Shown here: positions 18,845-27,639 of the stretch, one piece after another
Numbering within the stretch: the first letter of the stretch is position 1
Layout: every line of letters begins with the position of its first letter
Origin: a virus
Virus record (IMG/VR): IMGVR_UViG_3300009126_000404
Location: 32,001-96,000 of that record
Reading direction: 5' to 3' (one strand)
DNA length: 64,000 bases
The notes under the pieces: generated by a model
Told to the model about the DNA's origin: nothing
The model's database searches: none
What the model saw: only the letters and a program-made list of their open reading frames with translations
Position numbers and translations under genes: made by a program

Positions 18845-18900
18845 TAAATACATATAGTTTCCTATAGTTTGGAAACAAAACAGAAAAGGAAACTATATGT
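18845..18900 (+). promoter_or_regulatory. TAAATA box plus perfect 14-bp hairpin sequestering the htrA RBS and start codon
   Basis: ACATATAGTTTCCT (18850-18863) is the exact reverse complement of AGGAAACTATATGT (18887-18900); TAAATA at 18845-18850. Confidence 0.75.
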
Positions 18901-20192
18901 CCAAGAAAAAATTGAACAATGGTTTTGGTAAGAGTTTAAAGACATTCTTCAAAAAACCATTCGTGAAAACTGTTTCGCTTATTATAATAGCCGTTACGTT
19001 GAGTACGGTAATTAATTCTTATTATAGAACTATTCAAACAAGCATTCATAAGGGCATCGTATCATTATACGATACTTATCCAACATTCGCTGAAGGATTA
19101 TATGAAGTTAATGGATGGATACTTAATGGCAAAGAGTTTGATCAAGAACGTAAATCGAAAAAAGTAATATACGAAAACTTTTCTCGTGTTGTCGTTATGA
19201 GCGTTTTTGCTCCAGATAATCCAGAACTTAATGGAATGTCGGGTAGAGGAACAGGTTTTATAATAGATGTTGATGATGAATCTGCAACAATTGTTACAAA
19301 TTATCATGTTGTTGATGCATATTTAGAACAACCGGACATATTTACAATAGCAGTACAAACAGCCTCAGAAATGTGGTCATATGACGCAGAAATCATTGGT
19401 TATGACATGATAACTGATGTAGCTGTATTAAAAATCCAGAAAAAAGATAATGAAGAATGGGAACCTATAGAATGGGGCACAAATGAAGATTATTCCCAAG
19501 GCACACCTATTGTTGTTATAGGACATGGAATGAGTATGTCTTGGTCATCTACACAAGGTCACGTTGTATATAAAGATAGATATGGTATGCGTCCATACAA
19601 CTTAATGCTACAAATAGATGCAGTTGTTAACCAAGGTAATAGTGGTGGACCTGTATTTAATGATAATGGGCAATTTATTGGTCTTGTACAGAGTATATAC
19701 AGTCCAGGCAGGAAAATTCCTGGTTGGGATGGTGTAGGAATGGCAGTAAGTGTAGATCAAGTAAAAAGAAGTGTTGACTATATTCTTAGCCCACAATATG
19801 ATGCTAAAGGTTATGTACCGTATGTAGAATTTCCTTTTAGTCTTGGATCATTTAAATTTCCAGAAGTTAAAGACATAGAAAAAGAAGATAGGCGTTATGC
19901 TTATTTTGACTACCCAGAACCACCAGTAGCGGCGGCTGGACAACCACCAGTAGAAAAAGAAAAAACAGTAGGCGAATTAGCTGGTTTTGAACAAGGTGAT
20001 ATCTTATTAGAAATAAACGGTGAAACTATATATAATAGTTTTAAAGTATTACGTATGACAATTACGGCTTTTCCAGGAGATCTTTGGACAGTTAAAGTAA
20101 GGCGTGGTGAAGAAGAAATAGAAATTGAAGTGGCTATGAGAGAAATTGACATAAAAACACTGACAGATATCATAAAAAGACAGGGCATTTAA
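18897..20192 (+). CDS. htrA: HtrA/DegP-family membrane-anchored serine protease with PDZ domain
   Basis: N-terminal TM; triad TNYHV, DVAVL, GNSGGP; C-terminal GDILLEING PDZ. Confidence 0.9.
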   Translation: MSKKKLNNGFGKSLKTFFKKPFVKTVSLIIIAVTLSTVINSYYRTIQTSIHKGIVSLYDTYPTFAEGLYEVNGWILNGKEFDQERKSKKVIYENFSRVVVMSVFAPDNPELNGMSGRGTGFIIDVDDESATIVTNYHVVDAYLEQPDIFTIAVQTASEMWSYDAEIIGYDMITDVAVLKIQKKDNEEWEPIEWGTNEDYSQGTPIVVIGHGMSMSWSSTQGHVVYKDRYGMRPYNLMLQIDAVVNQGNSGGPVFNDNGQFIGLVQSIYSPGRKIPGWDGVGMAVSVDQVKRSVDYILSPQYDAKGYVPYVEFPFSLGSFKFPEVKDIEKEDRRYAYFDYPEPPVAAAGQPPVEKEKTVGELAGFEQGDILLEINGETIYNSFKVLRMTITAFPGDLWTVKVRRGEEEIEIEVAMREIDIKTLTDIIKRQGI

Positions 20193-20216
20193 CGTAATAA
20201 TTCACAATTTTACCAG

Positions 20217-20250
20217 AAAAATACTAAAAAAATACTAAAAAAATACTAAA
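20217..20250. repeat. Tandem 11-bp A-tract repeat (AAAAAAATACT x ~3)
   Basis: Units at 20217-20225 (partial), 20226-20236 and 20237-20247. Confidence 0.85.
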
Positions 20251-20274
20251 CCCTTGTAAAATAAGGGTTTTTTT
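20248..20274 (+). terminator. Rho-independent terminator after htrA
   Basis: AAACCCTT-GTAAAAT-AAGGGTTT stem followed by a T7 run. Confidence 0.8.
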
Positions 20275-20297
20275 ATGGCATTTTTAGCCTTAAAAGG

Positions 20298-20326
20298 TTG
20301 ACAAGTAAGACGTCTTACTGTATACT
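20298..20326 (+). promoter_or_regulatory. Sigma70 promoter with a perfect 16-bp palindrome in the spacer
   Basis: TTGACA 20298-20303, N17, TATACT 20321-20326; spacer AGTAAGAC|GTCTTACT 20304-20319. Confidence 0.85.
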
Positions 20327-20357
20327 ATAGTTATAAAGTTAGAAAAAGGAATATTAT

Positions 20358-20531
20358 ATGTTTAGAGTAACACTAGCAATTATAAGTTTAATACTAGCAA
20401 GTGCATGTATTGACGGACCTACAGGATATGAGAGTAATAACTGGTTAGGTTGTTTCCTATTCGGAATTAGCGGAATAGGATTATTTATTTGGGTAGCATT
20501 AGATGGCACCCTTGCTAAAATTAACAATTAA
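20358..20531 (+). CDS. 57-aa two-TM membrane protein (absent from the ORF track)
   Basis: AAGGAA RBS; MFRVTLAIISLILASAC...WLGCFLFGISGIGLFIWVAL. Confidence 0.65.
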   Translation: MFRVTLAIISLILASACIDGPTGYESNNWLGCFLFGISGIGLFIWVALDGTLAKINN

Positions 20532-20534
20532 ATG

Positions 20535-20563
20535 TTGACTAATACAAAAATTTGTATTACAAT
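20535..20563 (+). promoter_or_regulatory. Sigma70 promoter with an inverted repeat in the spacer
   Basis: TTGACT, N17, TACAAT; AATACAAA-AA-TTTGTATT at 20541-20558. Confidence 0.7.
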
Positions 20564-20631
20564 AGAAAGTAGCAGAAATGCCAAAGAAACAAAAGAAATC
20601 AATTTTACCATTAGAAGAAGGAAGTAAAAAT

Positions 20632-21756
20632 ATGAAAACTGCGATAAGTGATTCAAGAACAATTAAAATAAGCGAAGCGACCACTTTAATTACTAGGGCT
20701 TTTCAAAAGAAAAGACCTGTATTTTTATGGGGTCCTCCAGGAATTGGTAAATCAGAGTTAGTTAAAGAAATTGGCGACTCTGGTGTACTTGGTAAAACTC
20801 ATGTTATTGACATGCGTCTTGCTTTATTCGAACCTACTGATTTAAGAGGTTACCCTGTACCAGATATGGATTCAGGTGTTATGAAATGGTTACCACCAGC
20901 TGATCTACCAGATGCGAAGATGGCTAAAAAATACGATACAATAATTGTATTTTTAGATGAAATGAATTCAGCGGCACCAAGTGTACAAGCCGCAGGTTAC
21001 CAGTTAATCCTTAACAGACGTATTGGACAGTATGAACTTCCAGATAACGTTGTTATGATTGCCGCAGGTAATAGAGAAACAGATAAAGGTGTTACTTACA
21101 GAATGCCTAAACCACTTGAGAATAGATTTGTTCATTTTGAACTTAGAGTTGATTTTAACGATTGGTTAAATTGGGCTGTACTACATGAAGTTAATCCTGA
21201 TGTAGTTGGTTACTTGTCATTTGCAAAAGGTGACTTATACAATTTTGATCCTCAATCAAGTTCAAGAGGATTTGCAACACCGAGAGCTTGGACATTTACT
21301 TCAGAATTACTTGAAGGTGATGAACCAATGTCAGATTCTTTACAAACTGATATGGTAGCAGGTTGTGTTGGTGAAGGTATTGCCGTTAAGTTTATGGCAC
21401 ATAGAAAAATTGCAGGAGACCTTCCTGTTCCAGAAGATGTGTTAGATGCCAAAGTTAAAAAAATTGATACTACTGAGGTATCAGCCATGTATGCATTAGC
21501 AACATCACTATGTTATGAACTACGTGATAGATTTATTGCTGGTGAAAAAGCAGGTGCTGATAGTAAGGCAATGGAAAAATACCATAAGAGTTTTTCAAAC
21601 TTTATCAGTTTTATGATGGATAATATGGAAACTGAAATGGTTGTTATGGCATCAAGAATTGCAATGCAACAGTACAAGTTAGTACCTAAGCAGAAGAAAA
21701 TAGAAAGATTTGAAGAATACTTTTCTAGATATGGAAGATTGGTGCTGGACGCATAA
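20632..21756 (+). CDS. MoxR-like AAA+ ATPase
   Basis: LWGPPGIGKS Walker A, FLDEMN Walker B, AAGNR, NRFVH; start placed at ATG 20632 after AAGGAAG. Confidence 0.9.
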   Translation: MKTAISDSRTIKISEATTLITRAFQKKRPVFLWGPPGIGKSELVKEIGDSGVLGKTHVIDMRLALFEPTDLRGYPVPDMDSGVMKWLPPADLPDAKMAKKYDTIIVFLDEMNSAAPSVQAAGYQLILNRRIGQYELPDNVVMIAAGNRETDKGVTYRMPKPLENRFVHFELRVDFNDWLNWAVLHEVNPDVVGYLSFAKGDLYNFDPQSSSRGFATPRAWTFTSELLEGDEPMSDSLQTDMVAGCVGEGIAVKFMAHRKIAGDLPVPEDVLDAKVKKIDTTEVSAMYALATSLCYELRDRFIAGEKAGADSKAMEKYHKSFSNFISFMMDNMETEMVVMASRIAMQQYKLVPKQKKIERFEEYFSRYGRLVLDA

Positions 21757-22940
21757 TGAATACTAATATTAAAACTGCCGAAGAAAGAATTACACAGTCC
21801 AGAGTTAGGTTGTTATTAACTAAACCTTTCTTTGGACAACTGGCTGTAAGATTAAAACTTGAAGATGCAAGTTCATTTTTACCGACAGCGGCAACAGACG
21901 GTCGTAGATTTATGTTTAATAGAGATTTTATTAATTCTCTAAATGATGAAATGCTTGATTTCCTAGTAGGACACGAAGTGTTGCATTGTGTATTTGATCA
22001 TATGCAGGCACGTGGAGATCGTAAACCAATGCTTTATAATGCGGCGTGTGATTATAATATTAATATGACGCTTGTAGAACAAAATATTGGTAAGCCTATT
22101 ACAGAAGATAAACTGCAAGGTGGTAAAATATGTATGGACTGGAAATATAAAGGCTGGAACAGTTATGAGATTTATGATGATTTATTAAAAGATCAAGAAG
22201 ATCAAAAAGGCATGGATGTTCATATGGATGAATTAAGCGATGAACAAAAAGAGCAGGCTGGACAAGGTGCTGGTGATGAAATGTCTGAAGAAGAAAAGAA
22301 AGCATTAGCAGACGAAATTAAACAAGCCACAATCCAAGCGGCACAGGCCGCAGGCGAAGGAGTACCAGAATCAGTTAAGAGAATGATTAGTGAACTAATT
22401 GCACCTAAAATGGACTGGAGAGATATACTTAGAACTCAGTTAGAAAGTTCACTTAAAAACGATTTTACTTTTATGCGTCCTAGCAAACGTTCAGGAGAAG
22501 TTCTTTTTCCAGGTATGAATAAAGATGAAGAATTAAATATTGCCGTAGGTCTTGATACCTCAGGTAGTATTAGTAAAGATATGCTACGTGATTTCCTTAG
22601 CGAAGTACAAGGCATTATGGATCAATACAATAGTTATAAGGTTCATATATTTCAATTTGATACTGATGTATATGGTGCAGAAAATTTTACTAGTGATGAT
22701 GGGCGTTCAATGGCAGACTATCAACTTACAGGTGGCGGCGGAACTGATTTTGATGTAGTATTTAAGTATATGGAAGAACATAACATTGACCCAGATCAAT
22801 TAGTAATGTTCACAGATGGCTATCCTTGGGGTAGTTGGGGTAATGCAGAATACTGTGATACACTTTTTGTAATACACGGAGATACAAAAAGAAAAATTAA
22901 ATCTCCATTTGGAGTTACAGTACATTATGAAGCGTCTTAA
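21756..22940 (+). CDS. HEXXH metallopeptidase plus vWA domain protein (DUF2201-like), partner of the AAA ATPase
   Basis: TAATDG, HEVLH, DTSGS MIDAS, GGGGTDF, FTDG. Confidence 0.85.
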   Translation: MNTNIKTAEERITQSRVRLLLTKPFFGQLAVRLKLEDASSFLPTAATDGRRFMFNRDFINSLNDEMLDFLVGHEVLHCVFDHMQARGDRKPMLYNAACDYNINMTLVEQNIGKPITEDKLQGGKICMDWKYKGWNSYEIYDDLLKDQEDQKGMDVHMDELSDEQKEQAGQGAGDEMSEEEKKALADEIKQATIQAAQAAGEGVPESVKRMISELIAPKMDWRDILRTQLESSLKNDFTFMRPSKRSGEVLFPGMNKDEELNIAVGLDTSGSISKDMLRDFLSEVQGIMDQYNSYKVHIFQFDTDVYGAENFTSDDGRSMADYQLTGGGGTDFDVVFKYMEEHNIDPDQLVMFTDGYPWGSWGNAEYCDTLFVIHGDTKRKIKSPFGVTVHYEAS

Positions 22941-24147
22941 ACTATTAATTACATTACTTGCATTTACATTTACAACAAGTGTTAATGCTGGTAGTTTAGA
23001 ACCAAATCACTTAAAGCAAATTAAAATAGTAGACAACTGGTCGCCGGTAATTAACTTTGATGCTTTTAAAAAGATATCAAAAGAAATATCATACGACAAA
23101 GCAAACTACTATGCTATGGAATTTGATTTAGAGCAATGTATTACTCGTATTAAAACTGTAACACCATTTCCTAAAAACGATAAAACACACGAAGGTTGGT
23201 TTAAGTGTCAAGCATATATCAATAGTATAACAAAAGATAATATTAATCCATTAAAAGAAATATTACTTTCTTGGGCTACTAATCCAAAAGATGTAATGAC
23301 TCCAAAGATGTTACGGTCAAACGATTATAATGTATCAGGATATGATATTCCTAGTACATTGGGTACGTTTGGACAATTGTATGCAGTTTGGTACAATGAT
23401 TTTAATTATACTGCATCAGAACGTAAACTAGTTGATGCATATTTGTTAAGAAAACTAACAGAACAAACATTTCCAGTTATTGATGGAGGTTCAAAATCGT
23501 GTAGTATTTACGACCCATTGCAGGCAATGAGAAAAAACGTAGACACAAATACTTGTGGTAATATACGTACTAAAGTTGCATTGGCTGAAATCATGCTTGG
23601 GTTTAGATTTGAAAATCAAGCATTACTTGATAAAGGACATGACGATATTTACATAGTATTAAGCCAAGTTAATAAAGATGGAGTATGGGTAAACCAAGCG
23701 GCAAGAGGAGCAAATAATTTTAATTACTATATAGAATATTTAAACCATCTTAGTATTCTTACAGAAATTTACTATGCTCAAGGGTATGACTTTCTTGAAT
23801 TTACATTACCACACGGAGCAAAAGTACATCAAATATACAGCCATGGATATAAACTCTTAAAAGATCATACATATTTGGGTAAATGGGCCAGAGTAAACAA
23901 AGGTGCACTTTCTAATCCATATCGTAAGGTTAAGAATATGGATAGAGAAGATTGGATTAAAACATGCTATGCTGATTGTGGTTATAACAATCCTAATGAT
24001 GATGCAGAGTGGATTGCTTCACATACTCGTTATGTAAGTATATATCAGCCAGAACTTACTATTAAATTAGGGTATGTTAAGGGACAACTCACATCATCTT
24101 CAAACATATCAGTATCACCTGATAGACTTTATTGGGGGAACATTTGA
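22927..24147 (+). CDS. Exported protein, possible alginate-lyase-like (alpha/alpha) polysaccharide lyase
   Basis: Signal peptide MKRLKLLITLLAFTFTTSVNA; CGN...AARG..NFNYY..YL..L.IL.E...GYD pattern recalled from alginate lyase family. Confidence 0.4.
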   Translation: MKRLKLLITLLAFTFTTSVNAGSLEPNHLKQIKIVDNWSPVINFDAFKKISKEISYDKANYYAMEFDLEQCITRIKTVTPFPKNDKTHEGWFKCQAYINSITKDNINPLKEILLSWATNPKDVMTPKMLRSNDYNVSGYDIPSTLGTFGQLYAVWYNDFNYTASERKLVDAYLLRKLTEQTFPVIDGGSKSCSIYDPLQAMRKNVDTNTCGNIRTKVALAEIMLGFRFENQALLDKGHDDIYIVLSQVNKDGVWVNQAARGANNFNYYIEYLNHLSILTEIYYAQGYDFLEFTLPHGAKVHQIYSHGYKLLKDHTYLGKWARVNKGALSNPYRKVKNMDREDWIKTCYADCGYNNPNDDAEWIASHTRYVSIYQPELTIKLGYVKGQLTSSSNISVSPDRLYWGNI

Positions 24148-24176
24148 TAAAGAATTCATTAAAGGAGTATAGTAAC

Positions 24177-24533
24177 ATGGAAGACGGAGTTTTATACAAT
24201 TTAGGGTTAACACCTAAATTACAAGAAGAGGAGAAAGTGGATTTCTCCCTTTACAATCCAAATCAAAGGACCAATATAAGATTATATGGATTGAAATGTA
24301 AAGATTGGACTCCCTTAATGGTTATGGAATATAAGAAAAAATGGGCGCCAAAAAGCACACCAGTTGTAGTTAAATTTAATCATAATTACGAAGGTGCTCT
24401 TAAATGGTGTAGAAAGCATCTTTATCATCATACTTTTAATGCAGTAAAGTGGGCTAATCCAGATGATAGCCACACTTTTCATTTTGAAAATCCAGAAGAT
24501 GCAATGATTTTTAGGCTATCTTTTAAAGGTTAA
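24177..24533 (+). CDS. Hypothetical protein with C-terminal FEN.EDA.IF.L motif
   Basis: AAAGGAG RBS before ATG 24177. Confidence 0.7.
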   Translation: MEDGVLYNLGLTPKLQEEEKVDFSLYNPNQRTNIRLYGLKCKDWTPLMVMEYKKKWAPKSTPVVVKFNHNYEGALKWCRKHLYHHTFNAVKWANPDDSHTFHFENPEDAMIFRLSFKG

Positions 24534-24536
24534 TGG

Positions 24537-24565
24537 TTGACACGACTGTTAATTTATTATATAAT
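24537..24565 (+). promoter_or_regulatory. Consensus sigma70 promoter
   Basis: TTGACA-N17-TATAAT exact consensus. Confidence 0.85.
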
Positions 24566-24575
24566 ATAACATATT

Positions 24576-24923
24576 ATGGGAATGGTTAAAAAAGTGAAAA
24601 AAGAACAAACTAATAAAATAAAATTAGTTAGCAATGGCGGAAGCCTAAGTGAAACAGACTTGCAATTAATTGCAGGTACAGAATTAGTTGAAGCAATGAT
24701 GAGAAATAGAGTTGTTGTTGTAACTAATAACAATGATGTAGCCTGGAACGATCTGATGACAGATATAAAGGGGTTATACCATATTAGACCATTGGATAAG
24801 TCTAAGCAGATATATCAGCTATGGTTTGAACTAAAGGATGATATAGATCAATTTAATAAAAACCTTTATGTCAGCAAATTAAGTAATACAGCTCACGAAC
24901 CAACCCAAAAAACCGTCATTTAA
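24576..24923 (+). CDS. Hypothetical phage protein
   Basis: 115-aa ORF directly after the promoter. Confidence 0.7.
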   Translation: MGMVKKVKKEQTNKIKLVSNGGSLSETDLQLIAGTELVEAMMRNRVVVVTNNNDVAWNDLMTDIKGLYHIRPLDKSKQIYQLWFELKDDIDQFNKNLYVSKLSNTAHEPTQKTVI

Positions 24924-24928
24924 ACCGG

Positions 24929-24967
24929 TATAAATAAACATAGTACTTAATTAGCATAAATAAACAT
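24929..24967 (+). promoter_or_regulatory. Tandem candidate T4-late-like promoters
   Basis: TATAAATAAACAT (24929-24941) and ATAAATAAACAT (24956-24967), both intergenic. Confidence 0.55.
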
Positions 24968-24999
24968 GTAGTTTATATAATCTACCAAAGGAGATAAAC

Positions 25000-25281
25000 A
25001 TGGCAGAAAATACAAAAGTTAAAGAAGTTGTAGTAGAAGCACCAAAGAAACCAAATGTTGTAGAATTATCAATCCAAGATATTGTTCTTTCAGCAAATAT
25101 TATTGATCTTGCTACACAACGTGGCGCCTTTAAAGCGGCAGAAGCAGGTCAAGTAGGTGCGTGTTTTGAGAAGTTAGTAGCTTTTATCAAAGCAAATTCA
25201 CCACAACCACAACCTGAAGATAAAAAAGCAGATAAGAAAGATGCTAAATCTTCTAAGGAAAAAGAATCCTCTAAGGAGTAA
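25000..25281 (+). CDS. Hypothetical protein with a K/D/E-rich tail
   Basis: AAAGGAG RBS; 93 aa. Confidence 0.8.
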   Translation: MAENTKVKEVVVEAPKKPNVVELSIQDIVLSANIIDLATQRGAFKAAEAGQVGACFEKLVAFIKANSPQPQPEDKKADKKDAKSSKEKESSKE

Positions 25282-25284
25282 ATT

Positions 25285-25920
25285 ATGACAACAAACATAA
25301 AACATGTTGGAAAATTGTCCAACACAGGTAAAAAAGTAGTAGTGGTATTCAGAGAATTACCGGACGAACCAAATCAATGCTTAGTAGTAGATACTGATGC
25401 ACTTCCTGATTGGTTCCACGATGATATTATGAGTGCCGTAGAATCACCTAGTGCTCAGGCAAGTACTGATTTTTATCAGTATGCTGAACGTTCAGTTCTT
25501 ACTGATGGAACAAATATGTTACAGGCATTACATTCTACAGGTAGGTTGCAAAAAACACCTACTGACAATGTTAAAATGACACCTAACAATTCAATTGCAG
25601 TTGGATTAACGGAAATTAATAATATTGTACGTGAAGAAAATAGTGGTAAAGCAGTAGTTCAACCACCAACAGATGAAATTAATATGGCAGGTAAAGATCT
25701 TACACCTGCACCTAGTTCAGTTATGGAAAGTACTGCTAGAGCTAAAGACGGTCTTAACGATACTGATTTAGCCAAAAACTTATTAGCACAGGCTAAAGGA
25801 TATGAAACAGAAGCAAAGAGCTTAAAAGCTCAAGCATATGATTTAGCTCCTGGTTTAAAACCTGGCCCTAAAAAAGCAGTCGCTAAGACGGAACCTGAAG
25901 TTGAAACTGCTTCAGAATAA
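25285..25920 (+). CDS. Hypothetical phage protein
   Basis: AAGGAG RBS; 211 aa; coiled-coil and low-complexity tail. Confidence 0.8.
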   Translation: MTTNIKHVGKLSNTGKKVVVVFRELPDEPNQCLVVDTDALPDWFHDDIMSAVESPSAQASTDFYQYAERSVLTDGTNMLQALHSTGRLQKTPTDNVKMTPNNSIAVGLTEINNIVREENSGKAVVQPPTDEINMAGKDLTPAPSSVMESTARAKDGLNDTDLAKNLLAQAKGYETEAKSLKAQAYDLAPGLKPGPKKAVAKTEPEVETASE

Positions 25921-25929
25921 TTGTTTTAA

Positions 25930-25936
25930 ATAAATA
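25930..25936 (+). promoter_or_regulatory. Candidate T4-late-like promoter
   Basis: ATAAATA intergenic, 24 nt before ATG 25961 (AAAAGGA RBS); heads the first arm of the enzyme island. Confidence 0.45.
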
Positions 25937-25960
25937 CAATAACAATTAAAAGGAATCCAC

Positions 25961-26254
25961 ATGCCGATAGAACGAAAGGACAGATCATTTGATCTGATCT
26001 TTGACCAGGTATCTATGGATCATGTTCCAGCCCAATACATCAAAGAAGTTAGGGTAGATTTAGGTACTGGTGAAAGAATAATACTAACAAAAGCAGATCT
26101 TCTGTTGATTAAGAATAAATCAGCAGATGAGATCATCAAAGCTCTCACTGTTGACTCAATGTCTAACATCAGTTTAAAGTTAGACTACGCCGCTATTAAA
26201 AAAGATGTAATTCGCGGAGTAACCGGTTTCTTGGGAAAACACTTTGACAAATAA
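25961..26254 (+). CDS. Hypothetical phage protein
   Basis: 97 aa with RBS. Confidence 0.75.
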   Translation: MPIERKDRSFDLIFDQVSMDHVPAQYIKEVRVDLGTGERIILTKADLLLIKNKSADEIIKALTVDSMSNISLKLDYAAIKKDVIRGVTGFLGKHFDK

Positions 26255-26921
26255 TGTTTGGTTATGTGGAATACCAGGAAGTAGATGGAGCGGCATTGAT
26301 ATACAAATACGTTCCATTCTGCCTTGCGATAGAACAGACGAAACTCCTGAAAGAACTTTCTATCATAGAGCATATAACCCAAAAGACAAAAACAATGGTC
26401 ACCGAGGAAGTTATTGGGGACCTGGACAAGGGTGTGGTGAAGACTGGATAGACTTTAACCATTTAACAAAAGACAAAATTCAAACAGACATCAATAACGT
26501 ATTCTCTGGTACAGGGTATAGAGTTATTAAATGTCATTTCTTAGCAAGAAAATTCAACTTAGACTATATATGGAATAACTTTCCGGGCGATTACATTGTC
26601 CTAATATATAGAGAACCCCAAAAATCATTTGCATGGTGGAGCGAAGTCATGGACTTTGCCCCAGACCATTATCCTGACTATAGGCCTGGCTATACAGACT
26701 ATAACACTATGCGTAAATTGTTATGGAAAGAGTCAGCTAAAATTACAGATTTTGCAATACGTAAAGGACTTAAATTTAAACCTTATGACATAGCAGAGTT
26801 TGATCAATGGGAAGGATTTGATCATTCCAAGGCATTTGAATTTGACTTTGATAAGATAAATAACGTTAAGTACAACGATGTTTATATAGCATCAAGTCAA
26901 ATATCAAGACTGTTGGAGTAA
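26244..26921 (+). CDS. P-loop/sulfotransferase-like protein
   Basis: LCGIPGSRWSG loop after the first strand, IKCH, IVLIYR, resembling PAPS-binding folds; TTG start. Confidence 0.4.
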   Translation: MTNNVWLCGIPGSRWSGIDIQIRSILPCDRTDETPERTFYHRAYNPKDKNNGHRGSYWGPGQGCGEDWIDFNHLTKDKIQTDINNVFSGTGYRVIKCHFLARKFNLDYIWNNFPGDYIVLIYREPQKSFAWWSEVMDFAPDHYPDYRPGYTDYNTMRKLLWKESAKITDFAIRKGLKFKPYDIAEFDQWEGFDHSKAFEFDFDKINNVKYNDVYIASSQISRLLE

Positions 26922-26925
26922 ATTC

Positions 26926-27630
26926 ATGTCATCACCCTTTAAAACACCTTGGCACTTTGACAACTTTAAAGTAGACAACGAAGGTGAGTACGTTAAAATA
27001 ATAGGACAATTCCAAGGCGATTGGGATGATGATGTTAGAAATGCTAGGTTGTTAGGATTAAGTACAAAAAAATATAATAAACAATCATACGAACATGCGG
27101 CTAATAAACCATCAGCTAATCATGAAATGGAAGATGCTGAAAATTTATATGGACAACCAGATGCACCTATTTTTGAAAAAATGGATATAACTGACTATCC
27201 TGGTAAGTTACCTGCATTTGAAAAAATAATTGATTCTGTAAAAATTGATACAACAAAATCGTTTACATTTAAGTTTCACGATCAATTGCCAAACCAGCAA
27301 CTAATGTGGCACATTGATAATCTTCCTGGTAATCCTCGTAAGGAACGAGTAATTGATAATCCAGACTTTAAGTATCAAGATCCTAATATGGTTCGTTTTT
27401 TAATTATGTTAAATGATTGGGAGCCAGGACAAGTAGTACAGTTTGGCAGTATAGTTTATACCCAATGGAAAAAAGGAACTGCTATTACATGGGAATGGTC
27501 AACTTTACCACATATTACATGGAATGGATCATGGGAACGTAGACCAGCTTTACAATTAACAGGATATGCTACAGAAGCAACATGGAATCTTATTACAAAA
27601 GGAAATAAAGATTCTATATATAAAATTTAG
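26926..27630 (+). CDS. 2OG-Fe(II)/cupin oxygenase
   Basis: WHID (HxD), RFLIMLNDWEPG, LPH distal His, RPALQLTG. Confidence 0.7.
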   Translation: MSSPFKTPWHFDNFKVDNEGEYVKIIGQFQGDWDDDVRNARLLGLSTKKYNKQSYEHAANKPSANHEMEDAENLYGQPDAPIFEKMDITDYPGKLPAFEKIIDSVKIDTTKSFTFKFHDQLPNQQLMWHIDNLPGNPRKERVIDNPDFKYQDPNMVRFLIMLNDWEPGQVVQFGSIVYTQWKKGTAITWEWSTLPHITWNGSWERRPALQLTGYATEATWNLITKGNKDSIYKI

Positions 27631-27639
27631 AGAATAACT

